Source of the DNA: a virus
Reading direction: 5' to 3' (one strand)
Length of the DNA stretch: 64,000 nucleotides
Virus record (IMG/VR): IMGVR_UViG_3300030333_007172
Location: 1-64,000 of that record
Below the pieces are notes generated by a model. The model worked only from the letters and a program-made list of their open reading frames with translations, searched no databases and was not told where the DNA came from. Shown here in pieces: positions 49,601-57,217 of this stretch (its first letter is position 1; each line of letters begins with the position of its first letter). The position numbers and the translations under genes were made by a program.

Positions 49601-49739
49601 TTACATCCTGTGCTACGGTTTCTTTAAACCGATTTGTATCGCTACGCAACGTTGATACCTCATCAACAAGTTGACTTACTCTTCTTTGTAGTTGTCCAAG
49701 TTGCGTACGCAGTTCTTTTACTTCTTTGGTGGTACTCAT
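49572..49739 (-). CDS. Small coiled-coil protein (55 aa, not in ORF track)
   Basis: MSTTKEVKELRTQLGQLQRRVSQLVDEVSTLRSD...; SD AAGGAG; heptad pattern. Confidence 0.7.
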   Translation of the reverse strand: MSTTKEVKELRTQLGQLQRRVSQLVDEVSTLRSDTNRFKETVAQDVKYLTERVDS

Positions 49740-49817
49740 TATTTCTCCTTTATATTGAGCATCTATAAATCAATTCACACAATAGAAAACCTATTGAGGA
49801 AAATATTATCAATTCTA

Positions 49818-49846
49818 AGTATAACTTATAATTCATGCGCTGTCAA
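49818..49846 (-). promoter_or_regulatory. sigma70-type promoter TTGACA-17-TATACT
   Basis: tgtcaa at 49841-49846, agtata at 49818-49823; intergenic. Confidence 0.7.
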
Positions 49847-49849
49847 ATA

Positions 49850-50128
49850 TTATTTTTCAATCCACACGATTGCATAAGAATTGTTATTTTTTTTAAGAGC
49901 AACAAAAGTTTCGTTAATTTTATTTAATGGTATTAAATTTTCTTTTAGAATTTTTACAGCTTTTTTAGAAGAACCGGAAACCCAACTTAGTTCTTGTACT
50001 TGGCAACTTTTTTTTACTATAGCTTTGTTTTTACTTGGGTAAAAAAAATTGTTGTGTCCAATTTCTGATACGTAGCACACTGTGTTTTTAGGTAATATCA
50101 TGTTTTTTCCCATAAATAGTTTTTCCAT
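49850..50128 (-). CDS. Hypothetical protein
   Basis: 92 aa ORF filling the gap on the coding strand. Confidence 0.5.
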   Translation of the reverse strand: MEKLFMGKNMILPKNTVCYVSEIGHNNFFYPSKNKAIVKKSCQVQELSWVSGSSKKAVKILKENLIPLNKINETFVALKKNNNSYAIVWIEK

Positions 50129-50601
50129 AGATCATTTATTTTATTTTTTTTCACTCTTCTCAATACAGTTGGCTTAGGTTTTTGTGGAATTTTTAACAAA
50201 TTCATCTTACACTCATGAAGCAAACGTGAGCCTTTTTTTTGATTACATTTTTTACATGCAGTAACAAGATTTTCCCAAGTATTTTCTCCGCCGCGTGATT
50301 TAGGTATTATATGATCTAAAGTTAATTCAAGTTCTGGAAATTTTTTAGTGCAATATTGACACTGATAGTTATCTCTCCACAGTATATTTGTGCGATTTGG
50401 TGCAAGATTATTAAAGTGGTATTTTACATATCTTTTTAATACTATAACTGCGGGCAATTTAAATGATTGTTTTGCAGATCTTATATCTGTTTCATAGGAT
50501 TCAATGGCCATGGCTTTACCAACAATGCACAACACTAAAGCTTCCAAAGAATCAATTAGTTCTAGCGGTCGAAATGCTGAATCTAATTTAAGTGATAACA
50601 T
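50098..50601 (-). CDS. HNH endonuclease (McrA/HNH_5-like)
   Basis: RDNYQCQYC, LTLDHIIPKSRGG..TWENLVTACKKCNQKKG. Confidence 0.92.
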   Translation of the reverse strand: MLSLKLDSAFRPLELIDSLEALVLCIVGKAMAIESYETDIRSAKQSFKLPAVIVLKRYVKYHFNNLAPNRTNILWRDNYQCQYCTKKFPELELTLDHIIPKSRGGENTWENLVTACKKCNQKKGSRLLHECKMNLLKIPQKPKPTVLRRVKKNKINDLWKNYLWEKT

Positions 50602-50652
50602 ATATATATATTTCCTGGTTGCTAAAGTAACTAGGGGTTTTTTACGTAAATT

Positions 50653-51159
50653 TTATTTCTGTGATACTCTTGGCTTTGTTCTAACTGGTGCAGTTTTTTC
50701 TGGGGAGTCAAAATCTCTTACTCTTTCTACAAGATCAGAAGAACTTGCTAATTTTTTGTCTCCGCCTACTGACCATAATAATTGAACTCCTAAATCCTCA
50801 CACACTTGCTGTTCAGGAGTATTAGTTCGTCCACGATCACCGCCATTTGCAAAATAATCAGGACGATGGCGCTGAATAGCTTCACAAACAGTATCGTCAC
50901 CATCATTAACTGAATCAACTAAAACAACTCCTTTAATAGCGTTTAAAATTTCCGCACGTTGTGAAAAGGTCATAAACACAAATCCTTTCTTTCTAAACAA
51001 CCAATCATCAGAGTTGGCAATAACAATAACATCTCCGTACTCAGCTGCAGCACGAATCAATCGAATGTGTCCTGCATGAACTGGATCAAATCCTCCAGAC
51101 ACCATTACTGTCTTTTTGCGATTGCTGTTTGGCCAACCATCACTTCTTCCGTCACTCAT
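50653..51159 (-). CDS. Cytidylyltransferase-like (HIGH) sugar/polyol-phosphate nucleotidyltransferase
   Basis: SGGFDPVHAGH, NSDDWLFRKKG, FANGGDR, SSSDL. Confidence 0.85.
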   Translation of the reverse strand: MSDGRSDGWPNSNRKKTVMVSGGFDPVHAGHIRLIRAAAEYGDVIVIANSDDWLFRKKGFVFMTFSQRAEILNAIKGVVLVDSVNDGDDTVCEAIQRHRPDYFANGGDRGRTNTPEQQVCEDLGVQLLWSVGGDKKLASSSDLVERVRDFDSPEKTAPVRTKPRVSQK

Positions 51160-51373
51160 TTGTATTTTTTCCTTTTTTAGTTTTAGTTTGTGGTGGATAA
51201 TAAGATTTTACTTTAAACTTAGATCCGCCAGGACCGCATCGTTTTATTTTAACAAGTAATTTGTTATCAGTATTCATAGATAGCAAGACTGCTCTATAGC
51301 TGTCAGCCTCTTCATAAGTATCAAAGATACCTTCTTGTTTCCAACTTTTATTATTTTGTTTATTTGGATCCAT
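51152..51373 (-). CDS. Hypothetical protein
   Basis: 73 aa; SD GGAGG. Confidence 0.6.
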   Translation of the reverse strand: MDPNKQNNKSWKQEGIFDTYEEADSYRAVLLSMNTDNKLLVKIKRCGPGGSKFKVKSYYPPQTKTKKGKNTNE

Positions 51374-51374
51374 T

Positions 51375-52172
51375 CTATCCTCCTAATTCTCTAAGAATGT
51401 AATAGTCAATAATCTCAATTGTTTCTGGTGGGCCGCTTGTTTCAAATGCACGGTCTTTAGTTTTTAAAGCTGAGAATATTTCAAAATCGTTTCCGTCTAT
51501 TCCGCAGCGATCACCAACAAACCAAAAATCCCATTTACTTTCATCAAAGTGGGTCAAAGCATACGTCTTATCCCAACCAGTAGGGTAGATATCAAAAGAT
51601 GTATTTCCGCCTAATTTAATTGTTAGTTCAATACCTTCTTGTACAGCAAAAAATTTTAGTTCTTTAATAAATTTATTTCTAATTTTATGCAATTTATCTA
51701 AAGCTTTAAATTCGTCTCTACTTTCTTGATTTGCATTTCTTCCGATTGGGCACCAATTTATCATTGAGTCTCTGTTTTGCACGAAATGTCCAGAAAGAGG
51801 TATATTATATTCATTAACAAGTTCAGATTGAAATGTACAAATCATTTTCATAAGCATATTAAAATGATTCTTGCCAATTCTTTTAATCATAGAGGTAGTT
51901 GAGAGTGTTTGAAAAATAATTTCTTCATCACCATGAGGAATAATATATTCAGTGCCATTACAAGGCAATAGGTGGCAGTTATTGCGAACTATAGGATCAT
52001 TTAAAACAGGCCATAATTGCTCTTTAATATATTCTACGCCTGAACCTGTAACGAAACCTATTTCTGCATGTCTTGCTAATTCTCGAAGCGCTCGCATCAT
52101 TCTTTTTTGGATGGGTCTGCGAGCTTCAGTTAATGTTCCATCTACATCAAATAAAACTAAGGTTTCTTTCAA
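51375..52172 (-). CDS. Eukaryote-type (PMM2/Sec53-like, HAD IIB) phosphomannomutase
   Basis: FDVDGTLT, VTGS, RDSMINWCPIGRNA, GGNTSFDIYPTGWDKTYAL, FVGDR...GNDFEIF; TTG start. Confidence 0.88.
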   Translation of the reverse strand: MKETLVLFDVDGTLTEARRPIQKRMMRALRELARHAEIGFVTGSGVEYIKEQLWPVLNDPIVRNNCHLLPCNGTEYIIPHGDEEIIFQTLSTTSMIKRIGKNHFNMLMKMICTFQSELVNEYNIPLSGHFVQNRDSMINWCPIGRNANQESRDEFKALDKLHKIRNKFIKELKFFAVQEGIELTIKLGGNTSFDIYPTGWDKTYALTHFDESKWDFWFVGDRCGIDGNDFEIFSALKTKDRAFETSGPPETIEIIDYYILRELGG

Positions 52173-52173
52173 T

Positions 52174-52266
52174 TTACTTCCGGTTTAAAAAGTCAATAAA
52201 GCTAAGTGTGTATAAAAGCAAAATATACGAACAAATTGCAAGTAAACTATAAAGTATCTCTATCAT
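52174..52266 (-). CDS. Possible 30-aa single-TM peptide
   Basis: MIEILYSLLAICSYILLLYTLSFIDFLNRK*; stops just before the PMM start; weak SD. Confidence 0.3.
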   Translation of the reverse strand: MIEILYSLLAICSYILLLYTLSFIDFLNRK

Positions 52267-52346
52267 TTTGAAAACTCATTAGATAAGTTTGCATTTTTAC
52301 GTTTAATGCTTGTTCGCGTAATTTTGTTTGTTTATGATACTGTATT

Positions 52347-52375
52347 AATTTAACACCAAAATAACCAAGTGTCAA
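52347..52375 (-). promoter_or_regulatory. sigma70-type promoter TTGACA-17-TAAATT
   Basis: tgtcaa at 52370-52375, aattta at 52347-52352, TG extension; intergenic. Confidence 0.55.
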
Positions 52376-52425
52376 GATATTTATAAAAATATATATTGAG
52401 AGTCCCATAGCGCCATCCTTTTTGG

Positions 52426-53412
52426 TTATGCGCCAGTGTCCTCATCTTCTGGAAAATAACGATAACCAATTTCTACTAAGTCATTCCCGCCTGGTATGAC
52501 TGTAAAATAAATAGTATTGTCTGTAGAAGAATAGGTCCAATCGTAATTTAATGAGCCATTAATAAAAACACGGATAGAATCCTCAACTGGTTCGTAGGTT
52601 AACGGCCATGATTCTGCTGGTTCCAATCTAGAAGATGCATCATTTACGCCAGGAGACCAGTCATCAGAACAAATATCTACTATAGTGCCTCCAAAATAGT
52701 TAGTTGCCTCCATATATCTATATCCAATATTGTAGACACTAGGCGGTCTCTCGCATGCTGAATCAGCTTGTTCTACGTTTACTATGCTTGCTATATAAGC
52801 TGAACCATTTCGTTGGGAACCAAACCACGAAGTAAATTGACTAACTAATGGAAAATAATCATCGCTTTGGTCTTCTTCGTCTGAAACAAATACAACTAAT
52901 AAAGCTGCATCTGGGCGAAGCCATGTTTGTGCATAGGTATTGTTGACTAGATATTCATAAGCTGCATCAAAGCCTTCTTCTCGGTGTCCTCTACCCATTA
53001 AAGTATACATGTCAATGGCATCTTGAATAGTATCTCCAGGCACAAGAGGAAACTGTGCTTCAAGTGAAGCTTCTACTGGATCATTTGACATCATTGCTAA
53101 ACGCCAACCAGAGGATGGAAGCGCCAACATCATTGCTTCAATACCTGCTAACAATTCTTCGTCATAAATACTCATTGAACCGGATGTGTCAATTACCCAT
53201 ATAATGTCAACACCATCAACACTTTGAGGTTGAATAAAAGAATCTATCCAAATTTCACCGGGATCAGTTGGTACTTCTTCGTATACATAAACTGGCACCT
53301 CTTGGTAAACTACCTCAGTTGACCCTCCGGTGACAATACTATAATCTGGCGAGCAGCCTGTTAAAACGGCTACTGCAAAAGCCAATAATAGTTTTACATA
53401 TTTTTTTGCCAT
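52426..53412 (-). CDS. VWA-domain lipoprotein
   Basis: Lipobox LTGC; MIDAS DIIWVIDTSGSM; LRPDAALLVVFVSDEEDQS. Confidence 0.85.
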   Translation of the reverse strand: MAKKYVKLLLAFAVAVLTGCSPDYSIVTGGSTEVVYQEVPVYVYEEVPTDPGEIWIDSFIQPQSVDGVDIIWVIDTSGSMSIYDEELLAGIEAMMLALPSSGWRLAMMSNDPVEASLEAQFPLVPGDTIQDAIDMYTLMGRGHREEGFDAAYEYLVNNTYAQTWLRPDAALLVVFVSDEEDQSDDYFPLVSQFTSWFGSQRNGSAYIASIVNVEQADSACERPPSVYNIGYRYMEATNYFGGTIVDICSDDWSPGVNDASSRLEPAESWPLTYEPVEDSIRVFINGSLNYDWTYSSTDNTIYFTVIPGGNDLVEIGYRYFPEDEDTGA

Positions 53413-53432
53413 CCCTATTAGTACGTAGTGTA

Positions 53433-53912
53433 CTAATCGGATTCAGTCTTTTTTTGCTTCATTATAATTGAGTGTAGTTGTCCTGGCGATAGATCTGTTT
53501 GGTTGTAAATTTTAATTACTTTCCAATCAACTACCCCTGAAATTCTAAGCGCATACGCGATCCATTCACTACAATACCACTTGTTTTTTCTTTTAATATT
53601 AAATGGCAAAAATTGTGACAGAATCATGCCGATCCAATCGTATTTACATTCTTTAGTTTCTTCAAAAAAATCTAAAATAATTTCTTTTTGATTTTCATCA
53701 ATTTCAAGTGATACAAAATCCCACTTATCCAAATCAAAATCAGTTTTTGTTCTTTTGGCCACTTCACCAGTTAAAAAAGGACTAATACTAATCCAAGTAT
53801 AATTGTCAGGCATAACTAACTCTGCATGGCTATACGGACTCTTTGTCCACCAACGCACAATACGGTTTTGCCAATTTCCTTTGGCTTTATAAAAAGCCAC
53901 TTTAACTTTCAT
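53433..53912 (-). CDS. Permuted papain-like amidase (YaeF/YiiX, NlpC/P60 superfamily)
   Basis: SPYSHAEL (His), KYDW, KWYCSEW (Cys), LSPGQL; SD GAGGAG 9 nt before ATG 53912. Confidence 0.8.
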   Translation of the reverse strand: MKVKVAFYKAKGNWQNRIVRWWTKSPYSHAELVMPDNYTWISISPFLTGEVAKRTKTDFDLDKWDFVSLEIDENQKEIILDFFEETKECKYDWIGMILSQFLPFNIKRKNKWYCSEWIAYALRISGVVDWKVIKIYNQTDLSPGQLHSIIMKQKKTESD

Positions 53913-53983
53913 ATACAAAAACTCCTCATTAATAACTATAACATGTTTATCAATGAGGAGAAATATAAAATTTTATTTTTTTT

Positions 53984-54415
53984 TTAGTCTTCGATTTCCA
54001 CTACTTCAATTTCAAAATTAAGATCTTTGCCTGCTAATGGATGATTCATATCCAATGTTACATTAGTGTCTGTGTGTTCTGTAATTGTGGCAATAAATGT
54101 TCCTGCTGGTCCAGTTCCTTGGATTGCTTGACCAACGTTAAAAACAAAATCTGGACCAAAAGCTTCTTTAGGTACAACTTGAGTTGCTTCTGGGTTGTGT
54201 GCCCCATACGCATTTTCAGAAGTTAAAGAAATTTCTTTAGTTTCTCCCTCTGTCATACCTACAATTGCTTTTTCAAAAGCCGGCAATAGTTGACTATTTC
54301 CCACTAAAAAACTAAGTGGAGTACCTCGTGCACGAGAACTATCAAACTCAGTACCATCCAACAAAGTACCGATGTAGTGAATTTTTACGTTGTTTCCAAC
54401 TTCGACTGTTTTCAT
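53984..54415 (-). CDS. FKBP-type peptidyl-prolyl isomerase with IF domain (SlyD/SlpA-like, no His-rich tail)
   Basis: HYIGTLLDGTEFDSS, AYG, LDMNHPLAGKDLNFEIEVV. Confidence 0.92.
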   Translation of the reverse strand: MKTVEVGNNVKIHYIGTLLDGTEFDSSRARGTPLSFLVGNSQLLPAFEKAIVGMTEGETKEISLTSENAYGAHNPEATQVVPKEAFGPDFVFNVGQAIQGTGPAGTFIATITEHTDTNVTLDMNHPLAGKDLNFEIEVVEIED

Positions 54416-54615
54416 TATTTTTTTCCTTTATTTTTTTGTCGACTTGTGACTGCTAATTCTATTTCTTCTGTTGGTAAATCCATATCTTCTTTAAGATCTA
54501 AAAGTGCCTTTTCAATTTCATCAGTTACTTCGCAGTCAATATCCTCTTCTATCTCATATGTTTTTTCCTTAGAATAGTATATGCGATTTTTAATATTTTG
54601 TATAAATTTATTCAT
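54415..54615 (-). CDS. Hypothetical protein
   Basis: 66 aa; stop overlaps the PPIase start. Confidence 0.5.
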   Translation of the reverse strand: MNKFIQNIKNRIYYSKEKTYEIEEDIDCEVTDEIEKALLDLKEDMDLPTEEIELAVTSRQKNKGKK

Positions 54616-54618
54616 AAT

Positions 54619-55104
54619 TTAATTAATCTCTACTGTTCTTACAACGGGTTCAGCATTTGTTGGTACAACTTTTGGCAATCTTAAAGTAAGAATTCCGTTT
54701 TCAAAAGTTCCAGTTACCGAGGTATCATCAAGATTGTCTCCTAAACGAAACGAGCGCGCAAAAGCAGAGCGCTTAACTTCGCGCTTTACATATTGTGCAT
54801 CTTCTACGTCTGAACGTTGATTACTTTCAGCTTTAATAGTCAAAACTCCCTCAGCAATTTCTACTGAAACATCTTCTTTGGTTAAGCCTGGAATTGCGGC
54901 CTCAATTTCAACTCTATCATCGAAATTTACAACATTGCACTTAGGATAAGAACCTTGTACAAAAAAGTCTTGTCCAAACTCCTGATGTAGTGTGGGGAAC
55001 ATATCACCCATCAAACTATTAAAAATTTCATCAAATGGAGTTAGGAATTCCCGCTTGGAAAGTGTACGCGCGGGATGCGCACTTCTACGAATAATATTGC
55101 TCAT
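54619..55104 (-). CDS. Small heat shock protein (Hsp20/alpha-crystallin)
   Basis: YPKCNV, AIPGLTKEDVSVEI..GVLTIK, FARSFRL, FENGILTLRLPK, VEI. Confidence 0.95.
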   Translation of the reverse strand: MSNIIRRSAHPARTLSKREFLTPFDEIFNSLMGDMFPTLHQEFGQDFFVQGSYPKCNVVNFDDRVEIEAAIPGLTKEDVSVEIAEGVLTIKAESNQRSDVEDAQYVKREVKRSAFARSFRLGDNLDDTSVTGTFENGILTLRLPKVVPTNAEPVVRTVEIN

Positions 55105-55170
55105 TACTATTTCTCCTTATCTTTTTTAGTATAAAGCTGTAAACAGTCGCATTGATCTGCTTACCTTATA

Positions 55171-55198
55171 AATATAACCATATTTTATTATTAGTCAA
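55171..55198 (-). promoter_or_regulatory. sigma70-type promoter TTGACT-16-TATATT upstream of hsp20
   Basis: agtcaa at 55193-55198, aatata at 55171-55176. Confidence 0.5.
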
Positions 55199-55219
55199 TA
55201 CTTTTTTTACTTTTTTGCC

Positions 55220-55516
55220 TTACTCTAAAGGAATATCTTTAATCTGATAATGAATTTCGTTGGTTACTGGATTAATAATAATATCAACAGTAGGTGGCGA
55301 AAATTCGGTGCATCTAATTTCAGTTGTTTCATTTGTTTTTCGTACATAAAGCCTATCCCCTTCAGAAATATCGCAGGGTATTAACTCTATTGGTAAGTGG
55401 GTGTCAAATGTTCCAACATTTTCATATGCAAAAACAATATGAGCTAAATCATCCTCAACTTTATCAACTGTGCCGATAAAATTTGAAATTAAAACCATAG
55501 TAATTATATTAAACAT
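55220..55516 (-). CDS. DUF3006-like small beta-barrel protein
   Basis: VDKVEDDLAHI...LPIELIPCDISEGDRLYV; start ATG 55516 after SD GAGG (the track start lies inside the tmRNA). Confidence 0.55.
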   Translation of the reverse strand: MFNIITMVLISNFIGTVDKVEDDLAHIVFAYENVGTFDTHLPIELIPCDISEGDRLYVRKTNETTEIRCTEFSPPTVDIIINPVTNEIHYQIKDIPLE

Positions 55517-55531
55517 TATTTCCTCTTTAAA

Positions 55532-55922
55532 TGGTGGAGACGGCGGGAGTCGAACCCGCGTCCACAATAAGTCCAATTTTAGTCATTCACAAGTTTATTT
55601 GATTTTTGCTGAGTAACTTAATCTCATGCCGTCCGTTCTTTAAAAATCAAAAAAAACGGGGTGATTAATCAACTGGCAAGCTAAACCCTCACCCTATCCC
55701 AATTGATATGTTTTGGTAGTTATAAGATACCGCTTACTACCCTGTTGCAGTACCTGCTCAAATTGGATAGAAGGCTTTGAGCGGCCTCCCGATTAAGCTG
55801 CTAAAGCAGCTGCTTCGAAATGGTTGTTGTTATTTGCAACTATTGTTTTTGAACTGTTAAGGTCGTATCTAACCTACTTGCACTATTCCTCTTTCTTACT
55901 CTGTCGAATCCTTTTCGTCCCC
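55532..55922 (-). ncRNA. ssrA: tmRNA (one-piece), tag ANNNNHFEAAALAA
   Basis: 5' GGGGACGAAAAGGATTCGAC; 3' GCGGGTTCGACTCCCGCCGTCTCCACCA; G3:U acceptor wobble; resume codon GCA at 55837 to TAA at 55793. Confidence 0.97.
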
Positions 55923-55926
55923 TTTT

Positions 55927-56598
55927 TTAACGTTTTACAAACGGCATAATCCATGTTTGCAATTCTTGTGCCGATGTAGCAAAAGGCTCATCCGGCACTA
56001 AATTATGTTTATCTAGTGTTGCTTGGATTTCTGGCCAAAAAATTTCTTCTCCCCAATCATGCACAGCGATACAATCACCGCTTTTTAATAGCGGCGCGTA
56101 CATGTTAAATTCTCTGGCCTTATCTCCACCATCACAAAAAATAAAAGTTTTAAAATCGGCGACATTCTCAGTTATGTGTTTACGAGCTGGTTCGCTAAAT
56201 ATATCTTCTTGAGAAAAGTTAATATACGGAGATATCTCTGTTAATTTTTCGTACCAATGTCCACACCCTTCATGCTCTCTTTTATACCAAGTATCTTGTG
56301 GAAAAAGTTCATAAGTTTCAAAAAACATTTTTTCAGTAACAGCAGCATAGTTTGCTAAATAAACACTTAAACTGCCTTTTTGGCTTCCTATTTCTACCAT
56401 ATATTCAAAATTATGCGCGTCAAAGTAATACTCAAACCATGGAATAGCTAGCCAATTTTGTGACATACCGCCTCCCATTAATTTTTGATTAATAATAGAA
56501 ATATCACCTATTGTCATAATTTTTTCTTTGTATAACTGTTTTGGAATTAACTCGCTATTTCCATGCATGTTTTGTAATAGATTTTTATCATATTTCAT
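55927..56598 (-). CDS. Class I methyltransferase (Methyltransf_24/CmcI-like)
   Basis: MVEIGSQKG, FIFCDGG, LLKSGDCIAVHDW. Confidence 0.75.
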   Translation of the reverse strand: MKYDKNLLQNMHGNSELIPKQLYKEKIMTIGDISIINQKLMGGGMSQNWLAIPWFEYYFDAHNFEYMVEIGSQKGSLSVYLANYAAVTEKMFFETYELFPQDTWYKREHEGCGHWYEKLTEISPYINFSQEDIFSEPARKHITENVADFKTFIFCDGGDKAREFNMYAPLLKSGDCIAVHDWGEEIFWPEIQATLDKHNLVPDEPFATSAQELQTWIMPFVKR

Positions 56599-56813
56599 GT
56601 TGTTTTTCTTTTCTTTTTAACAATAACACCCATGGGAGTACCATCCTCAGCATCTAACCATATAGTTATTTCTTTTTTAGTTTCTTCTTTTTGAATTTTT
56701 GAATGATTGATTTCTTTTTTAGCTTTTTTTAAAGCTGCATTTTCAGAACTGTGGGAGCTAACTAAGTCACCTTGAATAAACCTTCCGTTCCATTTATATA
56801 CTTTCCAACTCAT
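56595..56813 (-). CDS. Hypothetical protein
   Basis: MSWKVYKWNG... likely start ATG 56813. Confidence 0.55.
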   Translation of the reverse strand: MSWKVYKWNGRFIQGDLVSSHSSENAALKKAKKEINHSKIQKEETKKEITIWLDAEDGTPMGVIVKKKRKTT

Positions 56814-57165
56814 TTTCTCTCTCTTCGAAATAATTATCAACTTTATATCTGCTTAGAGTTTTTTTAAAATCACCGTAAGTCATTCCTAAAAATCTTGCAG
56901 CATCTTTTTTAGAATTTGTAGTTGAGATGGCAAATTTTAAAAGTGCATCTTTAATAATAGAACTAGAGTTTCTCCAAATGTCAAATCCATATAATCTATT
57001 TTTAAAATGCCTTGCTGATAATTCTAATTTAATAGCAATCAGATCTTCTAAAGTTAAGTTATTAATTAAAACCAATAAACTATCATTTACAAGGTTTTGA
57101 TCTTCTAAATAACTTATTACACTTTTATTAATAGTAGTAGATTTATTAGCTTTCATAACTTTCAT
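56794..57165 (-). CDS. Fis-like helix-turn-helix DNA-binding protein
   Basis: C-term ALLKFAISTTNSKKDAARFLGMTYGDFKKTLSRYKV matches the Fis/NtrC HTH_8 pattern. Confidence 0.65.
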   Translation of the reverse strand: MKVMKANKSTTINKSVISYLEDQNLVNDSLLVLINNLTLEDLIAIKLELSARHFKNRLYGFDIWRNSSSIIKDALLKFAISTTNSKKDAARFLGMTYGDFKKTLSRYKVDNYFEERENELESI

Positions 57166-57181
57166 ACGCTGTCACAACTTT

Positions 57182-57210
57182 ATTATAACGTTGGTGTAAA
57201 CACGTGTCAA
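57182..57210 (-). promoter_or_regulatory. Perfect sigma70 consensus promoter TTGACA-17-TATAAT
   Basis: tgtcaa at 57205-57210, attata at 57182-57187; heads the Fis-like / methyltransferase / tmRNA unit. Confidence 0.85.
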
Positions 57211-57217
57211 GTACTTT

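Noticed and set aside
50098-50601. HNH as an intron- or intein-encoded homing endonuclease
   Set aside because: It is free-standing with intact flanking genes, and no intron or intein signatures were seen.
50600-50611. (TA)n run before the HNH start, and A/T homopolymers in glycan genes (e.g. 26152-26160), as phase-variation tracts
   Set aside because: Short, expected in an AT-rich genome, and all frames are intact.
25050-52172. Giant eukaryotic virus or bacterial chromosome origin suggested by GME, PMM and the glycan genes
   Set aside because: gp25/gp6 baseplate genes, a phage sigma factor, SD sites, sigma70 promoters and tmRNA, with no housekeeping operons, indicate a tailed bacteriophage.
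48757-55922. tRNA/tmRNA 3' ends as prophage attachment sites
   Set aside because: No integrase, no duplicated 3' fragments noticed, and no change in gene style across them.
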